Assembly (NCBI RefSeq): GCF_052425735.1
Contig: NC_135765.1
Span: 27,218,001-27,282,000, forward strand
DNA: 64,000 nt
DNA from: Oculina patagonica
Lineage: Eukaryota
Direction: 5' to 3'
Shown here: positions 1-11,600 of the stretch, piece by piece
Numbering within the stretch: the first letter of the stretch is position 1
How the letters are laid out: every line of letters begins with the position of its first letter
Notes under the pieces: generated by a model
Told to the model about the DNA's origin: nothing
Seen by the model: the letters and a program-made list of their open reading frames with translations, nothing else
Databases searched by the model: none
Position numbers and translations under genes: made by a program

Positions 1-515
1 TTATACAGGCGCCTGCTATGCAGGCTAACAAAAAGGAAGAGAGATAGTAAAGTTTGGGAAAGATTGTTACAGATTACGATGGGTCGACAGAAAATCTCGC
101 TCAGTTGACTCAAAACCACATGTGTAAAACTACTGCCTTTCTTGAGAGACATTAAATTCCACTTTTTAAAATGATCCCCTTCTCTGGCCCACCCTGATTA
201 TCACTCCGTAGGGTGTATTGGAGACCCCGTAAGAAAATAATGGAGGTTAAACGATATAGCATCAGTTTGTGTGAACAGGCGCCCTAGCAGGGTAAAGGGC
301 GGGGAAAAAATCGGCGAGGGGAGACTGGTCTCCTCTTGCACAGACGGAACTCGGGTCACTTCGCTCGTCGTTCTAGTCACGCCCTGTAACCCCCCCCCCC
401 CCCTCCCCCCGTACTGTCCAAGGAGCGTATTGACAGGCCATATGACATAAACACAAACAATTTATAGTTATCATTTTTTAACGTTTCTAAGGTTTTCCTC
501 TCATTGATGTTTCAG

Positions 516-609
516 TTATTCAAACAATGATGTAAACGCCGAGATCTTGAAATCTTACACCGGAAGCAGCGAGGCTCTTCCCGCATTGGTTCTGGTAAAT
601 CATGCTAAG
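516..609 (+). CDS. TXNDC16: TXNDC16/ERp90-like, third-last coding exon (YSNNDVNAEILKSYTGSSEALPALVLVNHAK)
   Basis: ttcAG acceptor at 514-515 and GT donor at 610. The phase joins the next exon. The peptide resembles the vertebrate TXNDC16 segment ILRAYFDPLPPLPLLVLVN (recalled, not searched). Confidence 0.75.
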
Positions 610-1209
610 GTTGGTCCAATATTGGTTTTGTAATGTAATCCTAGTATTGTAAGTATTGCTGGTGTATAGTGGCGATAATGACACGGAAAAAGCGTCGTTT
701 AAGAATCACAATGTGTCCTGAATTGGACATGGTGTTCTGTGGAAATGAGGCTGGCTTCACGTGGATTTAGTTAAAGAAAACCAAATTCTTCAAACCAACA
801 CTGAAAGAAATGTACAGTTGTTAGAAGGAGAATCTATGTTGTGATCGAAAGGAAAATTAAATAAATAACTTTAAATCTATGTATCTAAGAGGCAAAGTCT
901 GTCATCTCGATCTTTATGTCCCAAGTGTGGCTAAAATGTAAATTCTCTTTACCATGTCAGTACATTGTCACAAGCAGACGGTTAGTGAGATTAACGAAAT
1001 TCATCAACTAGGGGACATTTTATTGGTGTAACACTTAATCATCGAAACTAACATTAAAAAATATAATTACAAGCCTGAATTTTTTAAGGGTTTAATCTTT
1101 CTACCCCTGTTATAAAATAAGAGTTATTAGCTTGTCGAAAAAACTTCCCTGCTATTAAGTGCTTTTCGTCATTTGCTGCTAATGTTACACATTTGATGTG
1201 CTCTTTTAG

Positions 1210-1303
1210 GGAGCCGTATATCACTTTAAAGAAGAGGTTACCAAACCTGCAGCCGTGAAAAGCTGGGTTGAAGATATTCTCTCTGGGAAAGTGCAGCCGA
1301 CGG
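1210..1303 (+). CDS. TXNDC16: TXNDC16/ERp90-like, penultimate exon (GAVYHFKEEVTKPAAVKSWVEDILSGKVQPT)
   Basis: tttAG acceptor and GTGAGT donor at 1304; phase 0 to phase 1. Resembles the C-terminal helix of a thioredoxin-like domain. Confidence 0.8.
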
Positions 1304-2200
1304 GTGAGTGATAGTTACAATTCTATAGAAAAAAAAAACTCTACCGCATTTGAATCAATCTATTAACCAACGAACGCATTGTTTCTGGAATTTCTCGAAA
1401 ACTCTTTGAATTTTTAAATTTTCTTCCTAAGCCCTAAAAAAAATAGTTAAAATATTCTCTTTAATTTTTAACACCTTCTCCTGGAAAACTCCTGTAATTT
1501 TATAGTTATATTAAAAAACAAAACAAATGAAATTGCTGTCAAAGCTTTTTCTAAAGTAAGTCAGTGAAAACTTCAGCATGAAATTCCTGAATTCTCGGTC
1601 CTGGAATTTTTGTCATTGTACCCTGGAAATCTCCTAGACTAACACCATCTCTGAGTAAACCAAACCCTGAAAAACGCTCGATAGAAAAACCCAGCATAAC
1701 GCAACAGTCTGCGAGCAGGGTTTTTACACGGGGAATATCGCTCTTGTTCTTTTCCCCTATACTTTTCCCCGGGTGGATAGCATGTCCCCAGGCTAACAAC
1801 ACACCTCCCGTATGAAGAGATCACGCCTTTGAAAAAACCTGTCATTTTTTAAGACACTGAATCGACTTAAAAGCAATTATCAACGGACTTTCGAAACTTG
1901 TAATGTGTTGAATTTGGTTTGCTGTTTGGTGAAGACTCCTGTATTATGCTTTGACCAATCAAAAACACTTGTTTTTTCGGCCAATTGGAAGCGAAAACGA
2001 ACTCAGTCGTCAATTGGGTTCCTGACTTTCCCGCGCTTGGGCGTCCGCTGCAAGGTCTCCTCGCGAGTTCTGATTGGTTAACTGCACAATTCGAGAACGC
2101 TGTGATTGGCTCATTAGAAAGGCTAGTTAATGAAATGCAGGAAGCGACTTCGGAAAACTTCGTTGATATTCGTAACTTTCCGTTCGCTTCTCGTCCACAG

Positions 2201-2451
2201 GACTTTTTGCGAAAGGGGAATGGAAGCCACAATTGGAGGGGTACGATTTCCTAAAAATGATAGACGAGGAGGAAGAAGAAAAAGAAAGAAAAAGGCTGAA
2301 ACAGCAGAAACTGGAAGAATTCTTTGATAAAGACGTAGAGGAAGAGCCAGACTGGCCTTCGCCTTCGCCGGAAGCTGAAAAGATCGAAGAGAAGAAATCA
2401 AGTCGCCTTAGGCGACCGGAAGTGAAGAGTTCATCACGAGATGAACTCTAA
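2201..2451 (+). CDS. TXNDC16: TXNDC16/ERp90-like, terminal exon (GLFAKGEWKPQLEGYDFLKMID...SSRDEL*)
   Basis: ccacAG acceptor at 2199-2200, in frame with ORF 2233..2451. WKPQLEGYDFLKMID matches the recalled TXNDC16 motif WKPPLPAYDFLSMID. Acidic tail and C-terminal RDEL ER-retrieval signal. Confidence 0.85.
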
Positions 2452-5400
2452 ACCAATACTCTGAAATAAAATATAATGTATTTTAATTTATTATGCGTGA
2501 AAGATTTGTACGCTCCTCGAGTTGGAGCAGACTTTATCTTTTAGTTGTGGATGTATGTATCATTTCTTGGAAATCTTCGCGGAAATACTGAGCACTCGTG
2601 TGGGTCAGCGGTCAAACTCAAAACCTCAACGCCACTTCCGCTTTATACTGCCCCGACTGTTTTTGTAAAAATTTGCAGCATCAGTCGGGGGAATAAGCGC
2701 CGGTTTTAGCAAATCTTCGTTGAAGCACTCGAAAAGGGTCCGAATTATTTCATCCAATCAAAAACTAACGCGAGCGCTATCGAGTACTCCGAAAGCAATC
2801 GCGAGTACAAATTCGTCATGTTGCTTAGCAACTTCTGGGACGAAAACCGCGGGCTTAGTCAGTTCTCGGAGAAGTGATGTCGCCATCAACTGGCACTTGT
2901 TTCCCCGACTGGCATTGTGTAAAAGAAGTTTGTAAGAAAAAATGTTGCGATAAGCACATACCACAACACGAGCCAAAATACTGGTAGATATAACTAAATT
3001 TTTTTGCAGATTTGACGTACGTAATTTAAGTTTTCGGTCAGTAAATGTTTCCACTTAGGCTTTAAAGTCGAAGCGTTGGTACATTTGAGACAGATATTTG
3101 TGTTTGTTAGCGGAAGTTTTGGCGGGAAATTCTCTCGCACCGCGCGTTTGACTGCTGCGTGCCCGCCGTGTTGCTTAGCAATCGCTTACTGCAGCACTGC
3201 AGGCCCAGAATTTCGTCCGAAGATAAAAGTTGTCTCTGAATTTGAATTACTGATAAATGAATCTGTAATTTTTGATTAGGTAGCTTACTATTTTAATTTG
3301 CGTTATCTCAAGCAAATGATGTATGTAATCTTGAGCAAATAAAGTTATTTTCTTTCCCGAAGCAAACCAAGGGCTCAATCTTGAAGTATGTCTGCATGAT
3401 AAATGCGGGTTTGTTTCAGTTCTTTGTGCCAATTTTTACCTAGCAGTGCTTCGCCCGCTTTGCACGCGTTGCGTACCTGCGGGACACCCGCTAACCTAAA
3501 AGAGATTTCGGGGGGATTCCTGTTTATTCGAAACAAAAAAGGGACACAGTAAAAACCGGTACAAACGCAAAATAGTAGTCATTGCATATTGCAACAAATC
3601 AAAGACCGATATTCTATATACTATGACCTGCTGGGACATCAGCTTTCTTTTTGTATGTGAATAGCTCGTTATATCGTGACAGTACAGTTTAATCACCCCC
3701 TCTCTACCCCTTACCTTCCGTTCTGCTCTAAAGGTTTGACTTGTATTCACAAGTTGCAGTGCACTATGCTTTCATTTCCATCTTTGCTTATAAACGATAG
3801 GTAAGCTAAGGAATTGCCATTTATTTTCTTGTGATTGGCTGGTCACGACACACCTCCCTCTGCGCCTTGAGTGACGAACGTTAACAAATGATGTTTTGAC
3901 CATTCGAAACAGTCATGTGGCTGTTCCAATAGAATTCGCCTCACAATAAATTATAAAGTAAATTTCCTGCCTCAGTCGCAGTCAGCAAAGTTCTTCCTGT
4001 TTAATTCAAAAATTGAAAACAGAGGCAAGGCAGTAGCCTCAAAAATTAGAAGTAGAGCCTCCACCAGACTGAATTTTGCCTTGCATAACTTTATTTTGTT
4101 TTGTTATTTATTTTTCTTTTTTGTGATCGTTTTCTATTGGCGTAGCAACAGAATCGTTTACGTCTAGGACAGATCTAAGTTTATTTCGCACTTTTTTCGC
4201 TCAAACCCGACTCGGATATACTGACCAAATATTTGACGGACCGAATACCGCAATACTGTGTTGTCTACGTTTTAAGAGACCTGTTCCTTGTTTTGAAGAA
4301 CGCGCGTGCAGAGTCCTTCAAGTGCGTTGTTACAGTTCAATGAGATTTTTTCCGCTTTTGTATACAACATTGTTATTTTAGTGACACGCGAACGTGAGGG
4401 TTTGCCCGTAGTTTCCCGCATACCCGCGGGTAAAAACAAATCTGAGGTCCGCAATACTTCGAAGTGTACGCAATTTTGTAATAAATCGTATTTTTTACGA
4501 GCAAAATGCTCTTCAAATGGCTCATGCATCTGGCTAATAAAAGTGTCTGCTGTTTTTAATTTCACGGGAAATTAGGCCGGGACAGGGTTGATGAAATAAC
4601 GTATACATGTGATCGTTCAAAAATTGATAAATCGAAATCGGGCTTACTTGAGAAGTGAAAATTTCGAGGGCAAAAAACTACCCTGCTAGATTTTGCATTT
4701 ATACAAGGGGTTACCTTTTTACTTAAAAGCAAAACATATTCGCCATTTGTGACCATTTGTAATCCATTTTACGGCCAGTCACGCGAAAGACTGAGACACA
4801 AAACATCTGTCTTTTTGTAACCCAACAGTGCACAGAAATACGGTGGGAAAATTATTATTGCTCAATAATGATAGAATTTCTAGGCTGACAGCCGATCTGA
4901 ACGAATACCAGACGCTAGAACAAGCTTTTCAGAGAAATAACAAACATATTCTGCATGTGTGATGACATGACACAAATCGGTTGTCTGTTATTAAAATTAA
5001 TGACTGACTTTTCTCGATTTCAATGTACACATCGCGTTGCAAGACAGTCTGTAAATGTTGATCTTTGAGAAATCAGAATATTTTACCCTTCGACACTTAC
5101 ATTTACGAAACGCCGTGCGAGAATTTGAAATTCCCAAAGAATGTTGTTTTCTGTTTTGAAGTAAACCCTTTACAAATGCAAATTCAGTGCCATTGTGAAA
5201 TCCCTTGGGGGTCGCTCGCTTACGTGTGTCACACCAGTGTTCATTTCCGCCAATGAGAAGCTAGCAAAGGGAACGTGCCCGGACTTGTCCTGTCAAAACA
5301 AAGTTCTTTTCTTCTGGAAAGCGTCCTTTGAACCGAATGATCGAGTTAACGCCAAAGAGTCTCGTTGCAAAAAGAAAATTCTTCGCAACATGCCTTTATC

Positions 5401-5531
5401 GCGCTCGCAAAGAAACGATCTTTCCCGCAACTGGTTGTGTTACGGCGAGTTGCGTGTTTGTTTGAGGTGAAAGAGATTGTGATGTTTTATTGACATCGGC
5501 TATAGCATGTGTATTGTATATGGGTTTTGTA

Positions 5532-5556
5532 ATTGGCTAATTGATCTTTGACCAAT
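5532..5556 (+). promoter_or_regulatory. Paired CCAAT boxes upstream of TNFR exon 1
   Basis: ATTGG at 5532-5536 and CCAAT at 5552-5556, about 80-100 bp upstream of the ATG at 5634. Confidence 0.4.
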
Positions 5557-5633
5557 CAACCGCGTTACACGACTGAACGTGGCGTTGGACCGGCGAAAAG
5601 CGGATCTGTAACGATCTCAAAGTCATCGTCGCA

Positions 5634-5651
5634 ATGGAGTTTAAAATTTTG
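5634..5651 (+). CDS. TNFR exon 1 (MEFKIL, start of signal peptide)
   Basis: gcaATGG context and GTGAGT donor at 5652. Completes the signal peptide in phase 0 with exon 2. Confidence 0.65.
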
Positions 5652-8600
5652 GTGAGTGCACATGCATTTATGTGATTTTCCTTCCGAGTACATGCTAAGC
5701 AAACCTTTGTTAGTTGCCTACAAAATGCATAACTTACTACCGAACATGCAAAAGTTATCTACGCGCGCTTAAATGTGCAGCATTGTTTTTGTGGAAAAAA
5801 TGCATCGTGCTCGTAGAATGGAATCAGCGATATTTTTAGAAACTTTTACTGTTTATTGTTGCCAGTTTAAACTACAAAATATCACCGCTTGCGTCTAAAA
5901 TCTTGAGCTTTTTTGTGAGTATTTTATAAGGTCAAACGAGGCAGCGTTTACCTTCGATTTGAGTGACGGAAATGGGAACTCGTGTCCACTTTTGACGTTG
6001 TTGCAAATTTCGCTTGAGTCCAGACAAGTTGTAACTTGCCCATTTGAGAGAGAAATAATAACTATTTACTACTTCTAAAGCCTAAAATGGAGTGTTCTAA
6101 GGGCATTTGACGTAAATATACTTAGTTTTACACAGTGTTTTGATGGAATCTATTTTGTTAGAAAAAATGTAACTAGTCAGCAATTTTTAGGCTGCGAGGT
6201 CCGCTTCGTGTTAACTCGATTTTAAGAGGCAATGTACAGCTTTTAACGGTTCAAGAAACACTAGTAATTCTCAAATATAAATATTTTCGCTTTGAAAACT
6301 CTATAACGACAACCAAACTCAAAAGAATTTCTCGCTGTCTACACCAAATATAATTTATTCGTCCCGTGCTGTGCTTTGTGAAGTGTGAGATATCGATGTA
6401 TAAAACAACGTTGTACTCTTACCGTAAATGGACTCAATTTCAGCTTCTATATTACTAAAGAGAGGTTTTTCTAACAAGATTGAAGTGTGTATGAGTTTTT
6501 CGATTTATTTTGCATCAGGTATTAGAGTATTCGCATGACATTTCATGGTATATTAAGTTAATTGAGAATCGATCAGTCTCGAATATTCAGTGAATTTAAA
6601 CTCAACTTATGGGTCATAATCATCGACTTATTTTGCTCAATATCTTTACTTAAAAGAACGAAGATAAAGACTATAAAGTTTGGCTTTATTTTGACTTCGA
6701 ATACAAAAACGCTTACAGAATCGTTTCAAAAGAAACTTGAAATATTCAGTATCAAACACATGCCCAAAGAAAAGGCAAGTGCTTGCTATCGAATGTAAAT
6801 TTGTCAGTTTCGCTTTTTCCTCTTTGACCTCTTACTTGTAGAAAATACTTAAAAGTTATTTTTATTCAACAAGTTTCTTGTTATAAATCAGATCCTTCAC
6901 GGTTTTATAGATCGGTAATATTTTGTTAACATTGCATCAGACCGAAGCAGAAATAGTTTAACCACACTGCTAATGACGAAACAAAGGAGATAACTTTACT
7001 TTGACAAACATCGTTTAGACCCCTACTGTATTTCACGGTTGGGTATAAAATACGAGAATTATCGATGACATCGAAATCTGTTGTCTTTATTTTCAATAAA
7101 AATAACTTCTTTAAAGCTTTGTTTTTCTCAAATTTGACCTGCAGTCGATCGGTGTTGCGGCGATAAAGTCGACCTCCTTGTGTTTTGAATGTAAATTCAG
7201 ACACAATCAGTCTTCGGACTTCAATATCTTTTTCTTGCACTTTGCTCCTTTCGCTTTCGTTTCAAATATATAAAACAGGGGGAAACGATTTTCTTAAAAT
7301 CGAGGTTTACTTTTTTATATGCATGCAAAGTTACACAAAGTGACAATTTTCAAAACACATTTTTGTTTGCCAATATCGTGTACGTTTAATATTTTCACGC
7401 CGTAAATAGTCTAGTCCATTTTCGTTTCGTTTCCGGATAACAGCGCGTGGGTTGAAGACGTCACGTTTAAGGGAAATGCACGTATTCCTAACGCATTAAA
7501 TTAATTTTGTCACTGTTAACAAATAAATTGGTTTCTAAATTCATGTTTTTCAGCTTGTTTTGAGTTTAATACTTCAAAACAACTCGGAAATAGACAGATA
7601 ATATGGAAAGTTAAACCGTCGTAAAGGCGCCTGATATCTCATAGCTTACGGTATTAAAACTTTACACAAGTAGGATTTGTAAGCGATTTATATTTGACTG
7701 CCTTTGGGTTCTCAACACAAAGTCACGAATTGTAAGTTGCATTTTTTTTGCAGTTGCTGTTTAGAAATAGAATGAGATTTCCGTTTAAAGGTTTCCTTTT
7801 TCAAGGCCGCTAGCTGAAACACCGCTCGATTCACTGTACTTTTAACCCCAAGAAATGTAACACATCTTTTACTCGCATTTTTTCAGTAAAGTTTGTTATT
7901 TGACTAAGACATCTGGTATAAAAATCTTATGAGGTTGAGCTCTAATAGCTTTTTCTCTAGAGCCTAGATCTCGATGAAACCTGACGACTAAATCTCAGTT
8001 TTATTTTCAAGGAGAAAGGTTGCCCTGCTACGATTTTGCAGGTCTCGAAACGTTTTTAAACCCAGTAAATTGCTTGTGTTCTCTGCATGTTCTGGTTTTC
8101 AGTTGGCTTCTGTGATTGCTGTATATGTTAGAGCAAATAGAATTAAAGCCGGTTACAGCAATGATATTAAAGGCAAATCTAATTTAATCTGCTACCCGGG
8201 TCGGCAAAGTTCCAAAATCTGTGAAGACGAGAGAAAACAACATGAAATAAACTGCTTAGCTGAAGGTATAGTGACTGAGTAACAATTTAAATTAAAGGTT
8301 ATCAAAACAAATCGTTTATATATTACTAAATTTCATGATACCGTATATATAAAGGAAAATTGCTCATAGGAAAATTTTTAACTTAGCGTTCTCAAGAAAC
8401 GTTTGGTATTATTCTTACAAATAGTTATTAAAGCTGCGAAAACGACTGAGTCAAGAAATTACTTTACGTCTTCTTGAAAGCAACATGATGTTTTGTATAA
8501 TTATTTTGACACTGCAGTTACGATAAGTTAGAATAAAAAGTCACAGAGTTAGCTCATTAGAATTTTTTTCGGTGTGGGACTGACTAGATTTGAACGAAGG

Positions 8601-11600
8601 TGACTGAAGCTCGCTTGCATTAAGTAATTGTCAACATTTTGCGAGTTCCTTTCGAAGCTTTAGGGCAGGGTTTCAGCAAGCCCTTGTGTATCAAATTATG
8701 TTTTTTAAAGCAAACGATTATAGTGTAATTAAGAATATAAAGTCACAGAGTTAGCTCATTAGAAACTTATTAGGTGAGGGAAATTAAATTCGATCAAGGG
8801 GCGACAGAAGCGCGCTTGCATTTTGTCAACATTTTGAGCGTTCCTTTCGAAACTTTAGGGCAGGGTTTCGGAAGCCGTTGTGTATCAAATTATGTTTTTT
8901 TTTTAAAGCAAACGATTATACATGTAGTGTAAGTAAGAATATAAAGTCACAAAGTTAACTCATTAGAAACTTATTCGGTGTGGGAAATTAAATTCGATCG
9001 TAGGTGACTGAAGCTCGCTTGCATTTTGTCAACATTTTGAGAGTTCCTTTCGAACCTTTAGGGCAGGGTTTCAGCAAGCCCTTGTGTATCAAATTATGTT
9101 TTTTAAAGCAAACGATTATAGTTTAAGTAAGAATATAAAGTCACAAAAAAAGCTCATTAGAAACTTATTCGGTTTGGGAAATTAAATTCGATCGTAGGTG
9201 ACTGAAGCTCGCTTGCATTTTGTCAACATTTTGAGAGTTCCTTTCGAACCTTTAGGGCAGGGTTTCAGCAAGCCCTTGTGTATTAAATTATGTTTTTTAA
9301 AGCAAACGATAATAGTGAAGTAAGAAAATAAAGTCACAGAGTTAGCTCATTAGAAACTTATTCGTTGTGGTTAATTAAATTCGATCGTAGATGACTGAAG
9401 CTCGCTTGCATTTTGTCAACATTTTGAGAGTTCCTTTCGAAGATTTAGGGCAGGGTTTCAGCAAGCCCTTGTGTATCAAATTATGTTTTTTGAAACAAAC
9501 GATTATAGTGTATGTCCGATTTAGACTTTAATATTAGATGCGTTTGTTAGTCCCCAAACATTTCGTCAAAGTTTATTTTCAGTACAAAGGACACGCCGGC
9601 AAAGCGAGGAATCATTTTATTGCGGTTTATAGTAATCAAGCGAAGCATGCAGCTTCAGTTATACATATAGTAACCATTTCAACGATTGAATTCTTTATTG
9701 TTCTTTCACAAAGACTTGTAGTCTCTCGGTCCACCAAAATGGCGTATCATACCGGCATACCTTTCATTTTCGAACCTTTATTCTCATTTGCATGCAAAAG
9801 GTTTCTAATAATGTTTCACAGAGAATTTCGCAGCTCCGCAAAGAAGGGGAAAGAAACCCATTTCCCTGCGCTGTCATGAAAATACTGAGCTACGATTTTT
9901 TGTTGCTTTGCTTTTCTGTGTCTGTTACAAAATGTTTCTACTCCTTCTAAACCTTTCAACTTCATTGCGAGTCCTTATTTGAAATGTAAGGTTTATAATT
10001 TGGCCGTGACTTCATGACTGAAACTGAATTGAACTGTTTTATAAACTAATGTGACAAAGTGTGTCGATTTCTCTCTAGTTTTCCTTTGTGTTCCTGAGTA
10101 AAGTTTTCGCTTTTGGTTTTCGCAGCGAAGTAGACCAAACTGAATTCGTGGTCGCGTACACCCGAGAAAAGACGTCGTCCGGGCTCTTCTTCGAAGTAAG
10201 CGGTCAGAGGAAGACGTCTGAAATTCAATTCGTCTCTTCTCGGGTGTAAGCGACCAGAGGAAGACGTGCTAAGTTCGTCAGCATTAAAATTCACCTTACC
10301 TTTCACAGCTAGACCGTCATTTATTTTTATTTTATCGATTACTTTGCTGTCTGCGGATAGTTTGGTTTCTAAAAAGTAGTTAAATGCAAGAATAATTGTT
10401 TCTTAAGTTTATTAAAACCAACGTCTTAGTTGAAGGAGTTAAACGAAGAGAAATTCTCAAACAAATAATTATTTTCTTGACATTCAGCCGTCAGTTTTCC
10501 TTGTTACTTCTCTTTCGGCAATGCCAATTCTGAATAACTGAGAAAAAATCCTGATTTTCTACAATTGCTGCTAGGAGTAGTTTATAAAACCCTGAACGAA
10601 TCTTTGTCTAGAATCGTAACCATGAATTGGACCTGAGCTTTGTTCGTTTTGTTTTACTAGGACATTATTGGTGTTTTTCTTTAGTACCTTAGTTTACCTG
10701 ATAACTTTGAGGATTCTCTTTTATTAGAAAGTAATTTTGTACAACGGCGAAGTGATTGAATATTGATTCTGTGACATATATCTCAGAAAGTCCTTACATG
10801 TATGTGAAAGTTAATTTTTCTAAAGTTATCCTGTACTGTATGAAACGATTGGCCAGCATATTAAGCGGCTAGCAATGTATTTGTAATTGTTGCACTTGTA
10901 GAAAAATATTAAAGGGTACCACATGTTCTCGCACTAAAATCGCCAACAACATAAATGTTTTGTGTCGACATGTTATAGAGTGACATTCCATTTGCATGTA
11001 GATACTTCTATTTCTCTGCGTTTTCTCGCAAGTGCATGGATACATACAAACATCATGCATACATCGACTTTATTTAAACCTCGGATTTACAGAGTAGCTA
11101 TAAAAGCTCATACGAAAGAGAGAAAGTAAAGAAAAGAAATCAACCGAGTATAATATATACAAGCCTACTCTTTAAACCAAATTATTATGATTTTAGTTAA
11201 GGTGGCTGGTAACGGTTTCCAGCACTTTCCAGCTCTTATACTTTGACGGGTCATTACTACAAATCTTTATCAGTTGATGCTACAATAATGGTATGAAATT
11301 AATGCCCAATGATTGGTGAATATGTTTTGGTTATTTTCATGACGTCAGTGGTTACTATAGCAATAGTATAACCTGTTAAAAACACCTTTAATTTTGTCTT
11401 TAAGTGCTTATAACTCAAAAACGAGCTCGGTGACCCCTATTTTTTATTATTGAACATTGATCAGCATGTTAAGATACAACTTTTTGCAAAGTTAAAAAAA
11501 TTTCTACGAAGCGGTTTCAGAGCCACCTTAAATATTTGAAAATTTAAGGTGGCTCTGAAACCGCTTCGTAGAATTTTTTAAAACTTTGCAAAAAGTTGTA

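Noticed and set aside
2580-5480. Possible large transposon or gene between TXNDC16 and TNFR
   Set aside because: Repeat-like sequence, but I could not define termini, a TSD or a recognisable protein.
8520-9511. Possible CRISPR-like array
   Set aside because: Whole units repeat with no unique spacers, there are no cas genes, and the context is a eukaryotic intron.
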